In this document: one piece after another, positions 1-9,348 of the stretch | Position numbering within the stretch: the first letter of the stretch is position 1 | Layout: every line of letters starts with the position of its first letter | Assembly (NCBI GenBank): GCA_045124075.1 | Contig: JBGVLD010000018.1 | Location: 6,807 to 70,806, forward strand | Length of the DNA stretch: 64,000 nt | Direction: 5' to 3' | Source: Agathobacter sp. | Lineage (GTDB): Bacteria; Bacillota; Clostridia; Lachnospirales; Lachnospiraceae | Position numbers and translations under genes: made by a program | The notes under the pieces: model-generated | The model's input: the letters and a program-made list of their open reading frames with translations, nothing else | Databases searched by the model: none | Told to the model about the DNA's origin: nothing

Positions 1-1
1 T

Positions 2-94
2 AAAATCTATTATATACATATGAATGACGGCATGACTTTAGATAATATGCAGGATATTAACGAAGTGTTAGATAATCTTGTCTGGGCAGGCTGA
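2..94 (+). CDS. 3' end of a gene entering the window (partial, function unassigned)
   Basis: Open frame from base 2 (KIYYIHMNDGMTLDNMQDINEVLDNLVWAG) to TGA at 92-94; same orientation as the next gene. Confidence 0.5.
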   Translation, partial: KIYYIHMNDGMTLDNMQDINEVLDNLVWAG

Positions 95-139
95 TAATAG
101 ATTGGGATAACAAGAGAAGAATCCATTGAGGAGAAAGTT

Positions 140-1317
140 ATGGAGAAAAAGACCATAGGGCAGTTTATAGCTGCCCTTCGAAAAGCAAATGGGATGACGC
201 AGAAAGAGTTGGCGGCGCGGTTATTTGTTTCGGATAAAGCGGTCAGTCGCTGGGAGAGAAATGAAAGCGCTCCGGATTTAAGTCTGATTCCTGCCATTGC
301 AGAAATATTTGGGGTGACTTCGGATGAAATATTAAGAGGAGAACGGCGAAATCTTCAGAATGAAAATGCAGATGCAAGCAGTGAAAAAGGAAAGAAGCAG
401 ATTACTGTTTTATTGAACAGGAGCAAAATCAAGTTCCAGATGTATAGCATGATTTCCATGGGAATTGCAGGGATTGGTCTGTTAGGCGCAATAATTGGGA
501 ACTTTGTTCTATTAAACGCACGCGTTGGATTTTTCATAGGAAGTATCTTTTATCTGGTTGCAATGATTTGTGAATGTGCATTTTTTATTACTATATTATC
601 TGCGATTGATTTGGAAGAGATAGACAGAACGGAATTGGATGAGGCAAGAAACAATATCATAAAATGGTTTACCAATACGGGGATTATGATTATCTGCGCA
701 TTTGTCTTCTGCTTGCCACTGCTTATTTTGGTAACAGATGGATACTGGGGATTGACAGCAGGTGCCTGGTTCCAGGAAGGCGGTCTGGCCGCTGCAATCC
801 TGTTTGTGCTTTGTATGATAATATCCAGAATCATTTTCTTTGCAAGTAAGAAGATTAACCTTTTTCAATGGTGGGAGGAAAAATCCCAGAAGTATCAGTT
901 ACAATTAATTTATGTGAGAAAAGTCGGGATTGCAGTTTTATTTACATTTATCCTGCAGGGAGTATTTAATTATATTGCAGATCCACCTATGTTCGTTTCC
1001 GGAACCGTGTTTGAAAACTACGAAGATTTTCAAGCATATATGGAAAAAGGAATTCTAGGGAAGAAGCCCTTACGGAATATCTTTACGATGATAACGGTAA
1101 CATTGCGTTAGAGTACAAGTGGCAGAATATGAATGTATCTTCTATGAAATTTGGAAATGAAGATGGTGTACTGCCGATCACTCTTTGGACAAATGAGGAT
1201 TATGAAAAAGGATGCCAGATTTTAAACAACATTAATGTGGTGTGGGTCGCGGCATATGTGGTTGAGATTGCCCTGGGCGCAGTTTTTTATTGGAAAAAGA
1301 AACGAATACATGAATAA
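140..1317 (+). pseudogene. XRE-family HTH regulator fused to a multi-pass membrane domain, split by a 1-nt frameshift
   Basis: ORF 140-1111 has the XRE HTH (GMTQKELAARLFVSDKAVSRWERNESAPD) plus TM segments. The frame of ORF 1129-1317 is open upstream (EEALTEYLYDDNGNIALEYKWQNMNVS). One extra A in the A5 run near 1044-1048, or one extra G near 1058-1060, joins them. Confidence 0.75.
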
Positions 1318-1408
1318 AATTTAGTTTAAGCAGCAGTTTGAGATGAGATTGTTGCTTAATTTTTTTGTTGATATGTCGATACATACTTAAATACAAGGAG
1401 GAAATGTT

Positions 1409-2388
1409 ATGAAATTTCAATTGGAAACACCGAGAGCGGTGGAAGAAGCAAAAAATTCACAGAAAGGATTAAACTGGGCACTGGAATTATTGATATTTGT
1501 GGCAGTGTTTCTTGTGGTAAGTATTGGCGAATCTATCATATTGCTGCCGGTTGAATTATATTTGATGTTTACAAATGAGACTTACATGTCAGCAATAGCA
1601 GCTGGAGATATACAGCTGGCAATGACCGCAGCAACGGAAATTACGAGCTCTCATGTATATACGATAGGAATGTTGTTTGCAAACATCGCTATTATTTTAA
1701 TTGTGATATTGTTTTGTAAACTTATTCAGAAGCGTAAGATGTCAACTCTCGGCTTTGTGAAAAAAGGCATGGGAAAAGAATATGGACTAGGACTTCTTGC
1801 TGGTTTTGTTTTTTCTCAGCAGCAGTACTGCTCTGTGTGGTTACGGGAACATTAGAAATAACCGGTTTATCAGAGACGTTTTCCTGGGGCGTGTTTATTC
1901 TGTTTGCCTTGGGATTTATGATTCAGGGTATGGCAGAGGAAGTACTTTGCCGTAGTTATTTCATGGTATCTATCGCAAGACGTTATCCAATATGGCTTGC
2001 TGTATTACTAAATGCCCTGTTTTTTGCGGCACTTCATTTAGGAAACTCAGGCATTAGTGTGCTGGCATTTTTGAATCTGGTGCTGTTTGGTATTTTCGCA
2101 TCTGTGTACTTCATTAAAAGAGGCAGTATTTGGGGAATTGGAGCATTCCACTCCATCTGGAACTTTGTACAGGGCAATTTCTATGGAATTAAAGTCAGTG
2201 GAATAGAAACCTCCTGTTCCGTATTTGAGAGTCTTTCTGCAGAAGGAGGAACCTTGATGAACGGAGGAAATTTTGGGCTGGAAGGTGGCCTTGGCGTTAC
2301 GATCGTTTTTGTAGTTGGAATCATAATTTTACTGTGTATCCCAGCGAAAAATCAGGAGAAAGTAGTAGAGGGGCAGGCTGAGTCATAA
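1409..2388 (+). pseudogene. CPBP (Abi/CAAX) intramembrane glutamic endopeptidase, frameshifted at a T run
   Basis: EEVLCRSY, FAALH and HSIWN motifs in ORF 1837-2388. N-terminal half is ORF 1409-1855. One extra T in the T6 run at 1809-1814 gives continuous GFVFFSAAVLLCVVTGTLE. Confidence 0.8.
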
Positions 2389-2416
2389 ATTCATAGTGCA
2401 TATGAAGGCAATGGAA

Positions 2417-2462
2417 GGATGTTATAGATTACAAAAAGTAGTCTGTGACATCCTTTTTTTTG
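2417..2462 (+). terminator. Rho-independent terminator
   Basis: Stem GGATGTTATAGATT / AGTCTGTGACATCC (with G-U pairs) followed by a T run. Confidence 0.7.
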
Positions 2463-2527
2463 GTACAGGAAAGACAAATGTTTGCTGGAAGCTTATCCGG
2501 GTCTCTTATATTGTTATGAAAAATTAC

Positions 2528-2576
2528 TTGACAGCTAATTTGAATTAGCTTATAATCTAGCTAATTTAAATTAGCT
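2528..2576 (+). promoter_or_regulatory. SigA promoter overlapped by two TetR-type operators
   Basis: TTGACA (2528-2533), 17-bp spacer, TATAAT (2551-2556). Palindromes AGCTAATT-tg-AATTAGCT (2533-2550) and AGCTAATT-ta-AATTAGCT (2559-2576). Confidence 0.85.
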
Positions 2577-2591
2577 TAATAGGAGAGAAGC

Positions 2592-3209
2592 ATGGATACA
2601 AAGAAAAAAATACTTGATGCCGCTTTAACTTTGTTTTCAGAAAAGGGTTATGGAAATGTGTATGTTGGTCATATTGCAGATGCGGTAGGAATAAAGGCAC
2701 CATCCTTGTACAAGCATTATAAAAGCAAACAGGATATTTTTGATGCAATTCTTGAAGAAATGAAAAAGAGTTATGAGAAACAGGCAGGAAATTTGGGGAT
2801 GAATGGAAATAGTATTGATATGGATGGAAATCTTTTTTCTACTATTTCAGAGGATAAGCTTGTAGAAATGGGAACAGGATTGTTCTTGTATTTTCTGCAT
2901 GATGATTATACGCAAAAATTCAGGAAAATGCTGACAATTGAACAGTTTCATAATTCAGAATTGGCGGGATTGTATTCCAAGCAATATCTAGATGATCCCT
3001 TACAATATCAAACAGGATTGTTTTCATTAATTTCTACTGGGGGAAAATTAAAGCAGTATGATTCCAACATGATGGCGCTTCAATTTTATTCGCCAATCTA
3101 TATGTTACTTACGTTGTGCGATCGCCAGCCGGATCGAGAACCAGAGGCATTACAAATGTTAGAGCAGCATATTAGACAATTTAGCAGAGTGTACAAGGAG
3201 GAAGCCTAA
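2592..3209 (+). CDS. TetR/AcrR-family transcriptional regulator
   Basis: KILDAALTLFSEKGY...IADAVGIKAPSLYKHYKSK N-terminal HTH. Confidence 0.92.
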   Translation: MDTKKKILDAALTLFSEKGYGNVYVGHIADAVGIKAPSLYKHYKSKQDIFDAILEEMKKSYEKQAGNLGMNGNSIDMDGNLFSTISEDKLVEMGTGLFLYFLHDDYTQKFRKMLTIEQFHNSELAGLYSKQYLDDPLQYQTGLFSLISTGGKLKQYDSNMMALQFYSPIYMLLTLCDRQPDREPEALQMLEQHIRQFSRVYKEEA

Positions 3210-3907
3210 TGAAAATTGTATTATTGCACGGTCAAAACCATAAAGGAAGTTCTTACCACATTGGTCGATTGCTGGCTGAGAAATTAGGAAATGAAAATGA
3301 AATATCGGAGTTCTTTTTACCGAAAGACCTAGAGCATTTTTGTCTGGGGTGCTTCCAGTGTATTGATGATGATAGGAAGTGCCCATTTTACGCGGAGAAA
3401 ATGAACATTATGTCTGAACTGGAAAAGGCAGAATTGTTGATTTTCACAACACCGACTTACTGCATGAGGGCTTCGGCAGGAATGAAAGCATTTATGGAGT
3501 TGACGTTTACATACTGGATGTCTCATAGACCAAGAAAATGTATGTTCCATAAAAAAGCAGTTGTTATTTCTACTGTAGCAGGGATGGGAGCAAACTCAGC
3601 AATCAAAGACATCAAGAATATGTTGCAGTATTGGGGCGTCCCTTATATAAAAACCTATGGCATAGCTGTTCAGGCTATGGGGTGGAACAATGTTTCTGAT
3701 AAGAAAAAGGCATTGATTGAAAAAGATATGACAAAACTTGCCCAAAATTTTTCCAACCATAAACCAGCGAAAGCAGGATTCAAAACAAAAGCCCTTTTCA
3801 TGATGATGCGCATGATGCAAAAAAGTGGTATGGGTTCTAGTACCGTTGAAAAGGAATACTGGGAACAGAATGGATGGTTAGGAAAAGAGCGGCCGTGGAA
3901 GGAATAG
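3209..3907 (+). CDS. Flavodoxin-like NAD(P)H-dependent FMN reductase family protein
   Basis: HGQNHKGSS loop, CLGCFQC...C cysteine motif, TPTY motif; start overlaps the TetR stop (TAATG). Confidence 0.8.
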   Translation: MKIVLLHGQNHKGSSYHIGRLLAEKLGNENEISEFFLPKDLEHFCLGCFQCIDDDRKCPFYAEKMNIMSELEKAELLIFTTPTYCMRASAGMKAFMELTFTYWMSHRPRKCMFHKKAVVISTVAGMGANSAIKDIKNMLQYWGVPYIKTYGIAVQAMGWNNVSDKKKALIEKDMTKLAQNFSNHKPAKAGFKTKALFMMMRMMQKSGMGSSTVEKEYWEQNGWLGKERPWKE

Positions 3908-4043
3908 AGTTGTATTGCATAAAAAAAACGTTAGATTGCACAAATTTTACGTTCTTTTTTTGTTACGGGTTACACGATTAACCTATTGTATTTATCAATA
4001 TCAGTGTTAAGATAAAAGCAAGTAAAAAAGGAGTGTGAAAGCT

Positions 4044-4832
4044 ATGGAAAGAAAATTAGTATTGAAAAAAGATATTATAGAAGCATTGGAGAAAGTTGGA
4101 GTAAACCAGGGGCAGACCATTATGGTACATATCTCTCTTAGTAAGTTAGGTTTTGTCTGCGGCGGTGCTCAGGTTATGATCGAGGCTTTGCTGGAAAGTG
4201 TAGGAGCAGATGGAACTATCATGATGCCGACTCAGTCCTGGAAAAACTTAGATCCAACTGCGGGAGTTCATTGGGAAGAACCAGAAGAGTGGTGGCAGGA
4301 AATCCGTGATAATTGGCCTGCTTACAATAAAGATATCACACCAACGAACACAATGGGAGCTGTGGCAGAAATGTTTCGGAAATGGCCGGGAACTCTCAGA
4401 AGTGATCACCCAGCCCGTTCAGTTGCAGCATATGGAAAATGTGCAAAGTATTTAACAGAAAATCATGATCTGTCCAATATTTTTGGAGAGGGTTCTCCTG
4501 TAGCAAAATTGTATGACTTAGATGGATACGTGCTACTGATCGGAGTAGGATATGATAAGAACACATCCCTTCATCTGGCGGATGTAAGAGCAGAATATCC
4601 AAGCAAACATTTATCTGAAGAAAGCAGTGCAATTCTTGTGGATGGCAAAAGGGTATGGAAAACCTATGAGACATTGTATGTAGACGGTGAGGATTTCGAA
4701 GAGATGGGCGAGGCCTTCGAAAAAGCACATAAGGTTTCAAAAGTAACTTTAGGAAATGGCGAGATGATTCTGATGAAGCAGCGGGAATTAGTGGATTTTG
4801 CGGTGGAATGGATCGAAGCGAATCGAAAATAA
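4044..4832 (+). CDS. AAC(3)-family (YokD-like) N-acetyltransferase
   Basis: MVHISLSKLGFVCGG, IMMPTQ, MGAVAE, RSDHPARS and LLIGVGYDKNTSLHLA motifs; RBS AAGGAG about 10 nt before ATG 4044. Confidence 0.85.
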   Translation: MERKLVLKKDIIEALEKVGVNQGQTIMVHISLSKLGFVCGGAQVMIEALLESVGADGTIMMPTQSWKNLDPTAGVHWEEPEEWWQEIRDNWPAYNKDITPTNTMGAVAEMFRKWPGTLRSDHPARSVAAYGKCAKYLTENHDLSNIFGEGSPVAKLYDLDGYVLLIGVGYDKNTSLHLADVRAEYPSKHLSEESSAILVDGKRVWKTYETLYVDGEDFEEMGEAFEKAHKVSKVTLGNGEMILMKQRELVDFAVEWIEANRK

Positions 4833-4839
4833 ATATCCT

Positions 4840-5494
4840 TTATAATCTCTTCTTTTCTAATGGTTTAATATAATTCTTTTTTAATGTGCGCTCATCTGTA
4901 AAGAAATTAGTTTCTGATTTAGACAGATGATGCTGGTTCATTTTTAACTCTGCTAGTTTTAGGGTGCAGACTAAATCAGCAACTTGAAAAAGCCGATATT
5001 CGGAAGGGAGAACCTTTCTGAATTCGACATTATCCAATAAGGTATGAAAAACAGAAGCAAGAATTTTATTTACCTCAATTTGACCGTTATCATAGTAGAC
5101 TTTGACCAAATCAAAAGAGAAAAAGAAGTTATAATTTTGGCGGATGAAATTTGCAATTTGTTTACTGAGTTTTCCAGCAGCTGTAACTTCATCCTCTAGG
5201 TGTTTCTTTTCTATGTACACACTGTTGCATTTAATATCAATCTTGCGCAAAAAGGTCATGAGCCGTTTTAGAATTTTACGGCGTACTCCAATTTCCACAA
5301 ACCGATATTCTGCTTCTTGACGAATGACAGGACCAGCATGAACGCAGTGGTCAGAATATCCCATTTGAGATAACTCGTTATTCAGTTGTTTTAATTCCTC
5401 GGAGATATCAATGCTTTGATTGTGCATTACCATAGAGATGATATAGTAAGGTGAGTGATGGTCGTATTCTCCGAAATTTTAATACCTCATCAAA
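4840..5494 (-). pseudogene. DUF3800-family protein with a damaged 5' end
   Basis: C-terminal YRLFQVADL motif. Upstream of the annotated ATG the frame continues FGEYDHHSPYYIIS, then hits TAA. F-D-E lies in another frame at 5494-5486, with no start codon or RBS. Confidence 0.65.
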
Positions 5495-5527
5495 GAGTTA
5501 TAAACAATATAAATTGATTACCAATAG

Positions 5528-5555
5528 GAACTATGACATAATGTTGTCATAGTTC
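5528..5555. promoter_or_regulatory. Palindromic operator upstream of the YafY-type regulator
   Basis: Perfect 11-bp inverted repeat GAACTATGACA-taatgt-TGTCATAGTTC, about 30 nt before the start. Confidence 0.75.
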
Positions 5556-5586
5556 TTTTGCTATCTTAGAGCAGGAAGGAGGAAAC

Positions 5587-6387
5587 ATGAAAATTGATCG
5601 CCTAATGGGTATTGTTGTTTATTTATTAAATCATGGTCGGACATCTGCGCAGAAGCTGGCAGAAGAGTTTGAGGTTTCCTCACGAACGATCATGAGAGAT
5701 TTGGAATCTTTAGATCAGGCGGGAATTCCTATTCAGTCTTTTTATGGAGCAGAGGGTGGCTATCAGCTTATGGAAGATTTTGTTCTGGAAAAGCAGGTCG
5801 CAACGAACCACCAGTATGATTGGATTCTTACTGCATTAGAGGGGATGGAAGATGATAAAATAAATGAGCAACTTAAGCAATTAGAAAAGGCAATTGAGAA
5901 ACAATGTGTGGTTCGATTTTCTTATACAAATAGCCATGATGAAGCAAAAGAGATACAGGTAGAACCGGTTCAGTTGCAGTATAAATGGTATAACTGGTAT
6001 CTTATCGGATATTACGAAAAATATCGTGATTACTGTATGTTCAAGCTAGTGCGTATGGACAACCTGGAAGTAACGGATATTAGGAATACAAAAATTCATA
6101 ATCCATCAGAGATTCAGTTGAACGAAAACAGTGATCCTGTTATTCATGTTAAACTTCATGGGAAAGCAATCATAAAGTCAAAGTGCAGAGAATACCTGAA
6201 TGGACAGATTACCAGAGAATTTGAAAATGGTGATTTTGAATTTACTTTTTCCGTGCCAGAACATGAGAGCTTTTGGTATGGAGTGCTTCTATCCTTTGGA
6301 AATAAAGTTAAGGTCATCGAGCCACAGGAACTAAAGGAACAAATTTTAAGAACCTGTAAAGAAATACAGGCGGAATATGAGAGGTAG
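5587..6387 (+). CDS. YafY-like HTH-WYL transcriptional regulator, possibly with an in-frame internal deletion
   Basis: MKIDRLMGIV...LAEEFEVSSRTIMRD HTH; VEPVQLQYKWYNWYLIGY...FKLVRM WYL domain. At 266 aa it is short for this family. Confidence 0.85.
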   Translation: MKIDRLMGIVVYLLNHGRTSAQKLAEEFEVSSRTIMRDLESLDQAGIPIQSFYGAEGGYQLMEDFVLEKQVATNHQYDWILTALEGMEDDKINEQLKQLEKAIEKQCVVRFSYTNSHDEAKEIQVEPVQLQYKWYNWYLIGYYEKYRDYCMFKLVRMDNLEVTDIRNTKIHNPSEIQLNENSDPVIHVKLHGKAIIKSKCREYLNGQITREFENGDFEFTFSVPEHESFWYGVLLSFGNKVKVIEPQELKEQILRTCKEIQAEYER

Positions 6388-6393
6388 TAGAAT

Positions 6394-6966
6394 ATGAATA
6401 TTTATGAAAAATGTCCTGAGTTTGAAAATGACAATTTTAAAGTAAGACTGCTTGAAGAAAATGACGTAGATGATTTATGGAGTGTGTATAGCGACAAATT
6501 TGCATTACCATTTTTTAATAGTGATAACTGCAATACCGCCAATTTTTATTGTGCAAAAAGAGAGGATATAGAGAATACTATAAAGTATTGGCTCTTCGAG
6601 TATTATGAGAATAAAGGATTTGTCCGCTTTTCCATTGTAGATAAGAAAAATGGGAAGGTAATTGGAACCATAGAGATGTTTCGGAGAGAGGCAGAAGATT
6701 TCTACAATGATTGCGGAATTTTAAGATTAGATGTGCGAAGTGATTATGAAAAAGCAGAAGCAATCTATGACATTTTATCCTTGATTGCGGAACCATTTTA
6801 TGACTGGTTCGGATGTTCTATGATTGCCACGAAAGCACCTCTTTACGCAGTGGAGCGAATAGAAGCATTAAAGAAAGCGGGATTTAGAAAGTCTGAGGAA
6901 CCATTGATTGGCCATCAACAGCAAATCGCGTATTATGATTATTGGGTTATTGAAAAAGCAAAATAG
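6394..6966 (+). CDS. GNAT (RimJ-like) N-acetyltransferase
   Basis: FENDNFKVRLLEEND start, RFSIVDKKNGKVIGTIEMF strand, ALKKAGF motif. Confidence 0.65.
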   Translation: MNIYEKCPEFENDNFKVRLLEENDVDDLWSVYSDKFALPFFNSDNCNTANFYCAKREDIENTIKYWLFEYYENKGFVRFSIVDKKNGKVIGTIEMFRREAEDFYNDCGILRLDVRSDYEKAEAIYDILSLIAEPFYDWFGCSMIATKAPLYAVERIEALKKAGFRKSEEPLIGHQQQIAYYDYWVIEKAK

Positions 6967-7116
6967 GAAGTAAAGAAGGAGGGGTAGTTCCCAAAGGAAT
7001 GATTAGTTTTTGCAGATTGTTTGGCAAAGCGAGCTGGCATTTGCTGATGTAAGGCTGGTGCAAGTTTAACCTAGTTTTCTAATTCTGAGAATGTGGGGCA
7101 CGACTGAAATTAAGTC

Positions 7117-7242
7117 TGGTATCCCTACAGGAAAAAGTGAGGTGTAGGACACACGGAGAATCCAATGTGGTATCTCTACAGTAAAAAGTGAGATGTAGGA
7201 CCCACGGAGAATCCGATGTGGTATCTCTATAGGAAAAATGAG
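7117..7242. repeat. 51-bp tandem repeat, about 2.5 copies
   Basis: Units start at 7117, 7168 and 7219. Consensus TGGTATCYCTACAGKAAAAAGTGAGRTGTAGGACMCACGGAGAATCCRATG, with an internal hairpin (CCTACA...TGTAGG). Confidence 0.85.
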
Positions 7243-7589
7243 CTGAGAGATACCGCAGAAGGAGAAAAAAGTGATCCGAAAGCAAAGTTTTTCTGTAGAG
7301 ATACTTTCAAGAGATCGAGAGAAGCTTTGTAAGATTTTAAATTGTACGCTTAATGAAGTAATTTGTTTTGATTAAGTTGCGCCCTTGAAATGAGAGGAGT
7401 TTCTCGTTTCTGAGTCGGTTTGAATTTTATTTATTTTTTGAATTGTTGTACATAAGAGAGGTATTATTAGAAGTGGATATTGTATGGTAAATTGAGCTCT
7501 TTTTCGCACAAAAAGAGCTTTTTCCATAAGAAGTATCTTCTTTTCTTTTGCTATAGTATAGAGAACAAAAGAAAGAGAGGCGCTATATT

Positions 7590-8042
7590 ATGGAAAACAA
7601 GAAAGAGAAGGCAATGAGATTGTTTGAAAATGGATGTAATTGTTCACAAGCGGTTTTGCTGGCATTTGCAGACAAATTTGGTTTTGACCAGGAGACGGCA
7701 ATTGCAATATCAGTTCCCTTTGGTGGTGGAATGTCGAAACAGGGAAAAACTTGTGGCTGTTTATCCGGTGCATTAATGGTAATTGGACTGCAATTTGGAG
7801 AAGATTCCACATCACATATTGAAAAAAGAGTAAATTCCTATACAATGGGAAAAGAGTTTATAGAGCAATTCCAAAAAGAATTTGGTGCGACAGATTGCCG
7901 CGAATTGATTTGGCTGGATCTGAATAAAAAGGCGGATTTAGAGCAAGCAAATAAGCACGTGTTTGGGAATCGCTGTAAGAATATGGTTGGAAAAACAGCA
8001 GAGATGCTGCAAGTATTTTTAGAAGAAAAAAGAAGTGATTAA
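7590..8042 (+). CDS. C-GCAxxG-C-C family (seleno/redox-type) protein
   Basis: GCNCSQAV, FGGGM, TCGCLSGA, DCREL and RCK motifs. Confidence 0.85.
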   Translation: MENKKEKAMRLFENGCNCSQAVLLAFADKFGFDQETAIAISVPFGGGMSKQGKTCGCLSGALMVIGLQFGEDSTSHIEKRVNSYTMGKEFIEQFQKEFGATDCRELIWLDLNKKADLEQANKHVFGNRCKNMVGKTAEMLQVFLEEKRSD

Positions 8043-8064
8043 AAAGAGTTATGCGGAGAGCGTT

Positions 8065-8428
8065 ATGAAAGTACCTGAAGATTTTATGGATCGTGGGCAA
8101 AAGAATAAAAAAGCTGAGATATCAGGACTTTGAAGCGGTTATTTCAGAAGGAGAATTTGCAATTTTTCATAAAGGAAATTATATTATGAATCAGATCATC
8201 AGTGATGAACAATATGAGAGTCTGCTTATATTTATGAGTGATGATTTTATGAAAAGGGTTTGCTGTCGGCAAAGAATAAAAGCAGTTCCATATGTGATGG
8301 AGTGTATAGAACTGCTATTTGTCTCCTATTTTGAAAGTGTAGATGATCTGCGATGTGCAGGGAGTGCTTATAAGATTTTTACATTTATACAAAAACAGGA
8401 AGACAGAATATGGAAAAGTGTGCGATAG
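8065..8428 (+). pseudogene. Remnant of an AraC-like regulator N-terminal domain
   Basis: ATG 8065 (MKVPEDFMDRGQKNKKAEISGL*) and a second frame (ISEGEFAIFHKGNYIMNQIISDEQYESLLIFMSDDF) resemble a cupin-type AraC N-terminus; no HTH follows. Confidence 0.4.
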
Positions 8429-8568
8429 AACTCTCCGGCAATACCAAAGCCCAGTACAGAGTACAGGCAGATATAGCCGCCCAGATTCATGGAAAAGTCT
8501 GTATAATCTCAGTAGCGAAGCCCCCATACTGTGTTTAAGAGCCAGCAAATTACAAGCTCAATCACTGA
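8428..8568 (-). pseudogene. Remnant of a CmpB/TMEM229-like putative ABC transporter permease
   Basis: Minus-strand translation SVIELVICWLLNTVWGLRY*DYTDFSMNLGGYICLYSVLGFGIAG. The family W-D-Y...N-L-x-G-x-I-C-L motif has its Trp replaced by TGA (8511-8509). Confidence 0.6.
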
Positions 8569-8724
8569 GCTTAAGGTCAGGGACAGGAAAAAGAAAATAT
8601 ATTTTGCAATAAAAAAATTTTTCGAAAAAATACTTTTTGTTGAAATTTCAACATACTTTACACATAAATTGTATTATTATAGGCTCATAAAACAACAAGA
8701 GATTAGAAAATTGGAGGTATAAAT

Positions 8725-9108
8725 ATGAGCGAAAAGAAATTTTTTATTTGTGAACATTGTGGCAATTTAGTAGAGGTAATCAATGATTCAGGAGTTCCGA
8801 TGATGTGTTGTGGTCAGAAAATGACCAAACTTGAGCCGGGAACCGTTGATGCGAGCTTTGAAAAGCATATTCCAGTTGTTACCGTTGATGGCAACACCGT
8901 AAAGGTTGTTGTTGGATCAGTTGAACATCCAATGTTAGAGGAACACAGCATCCTTTGGATTTATCTTGAGACAGACCGCGGTGGTCAGCGTAAGTTACTG
9001 GAAGTAGGCAAAGCACCAGAAGCAACTTTTGTGCTTGCAGATGAAAAGCCGGTTGCAGCTTATGCATATTGCAATCTTCACGGATTGTGGAAAGCAGATA
9101 TTGAATAA
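8725..9108 (+). CDS. dfx: Desulfoferrodoxin / superoxide reductase
   Basis: CEHCGN...MCCGQ N-terminal centre; EKHIP, HPM, EHSI and CNLHG SOR motifs. Confidence 0.93.
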   Translation: MSEKKFFICEHCGNLVEVINDSGVPMMCCGQKMTKLEPGTVDASFEKHIPVVTVDGNTVKVVVGSVEHPMLEEHSILWIYLETDRGGQRKLLEVGKAPEATFVLADEKPVAAYAYCNLHGLWKADIE

Positions 9109-9125
9109 AAACGGAGGTAATTGAT

Positions 9126-9287
9126 ATGAAGAAATATGTATGTGAAGTATGTGGATGGGTATATGATGAAGCCGTAGGCGATCCTGATAACGGAATCGCA
9201 CCAGGAACAAAATTTGAAGATCTTCCGGAAGATTTTGCATGCCCTCTCTGCAGTGTTGGGAAAGACAATTTCAGCGAAGAAGCATAA
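9126..9287 (+). CDS. Rubredoxin (53 aa; not in the ORF track)
   Basis: [53 protein letters not shown]; two CxxC motifs; RBS GGAGG. Confidence 0.95.
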   Translation: MKKYVCEVCGWVYDEAVGDPDNGIAPGTKFEDLPEDFACPLCSVGKDNFSEEA

Positions 9288-9301
9288 TCGAATATACAGA
9301 C

Positions 9302-9343
9302 AAACGGTGACAAGGAGAAATTTCCCTGCCACCGTTTTTTTTA
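9302..9343 (+). terminator. Terminator after dfx-rubredoxin
   Basis: AAACGGTG...CACCGTTT stem followed by a T run. Confidence 0.7.
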
Positions 9344-9348
9344 CATAG

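Noticed and set aside
103-114. Shared 12-mer TGGGATAACAAG at 103-114 and 10470-10481
   Set aside because: Many 12-bp matches are expected by chance within 64 kb; it is not palindromic and partly overlaps RBS-like sequence.
4826-4845. DUF3800-associated RNA motif downstream of the gene
   Set aside because: Only 7 bp separate the DUF3800 stop from the AAC(3) stop, leaving no room for a structured RNA.
7117-7242. CRISPR array
   Set aside because: The would-be spacers are 18 bp and nearly identical to each other, there are under three units, and no cas genes are present; it is a tandem repeat.
8640-8685. PerR/Fur box upstream of dfx-rubredoxin
   Set aside because: Only a loose AT-rich resemblance and a short TTGAAATTTCAA palindrome; not distinguishable from background by eye.
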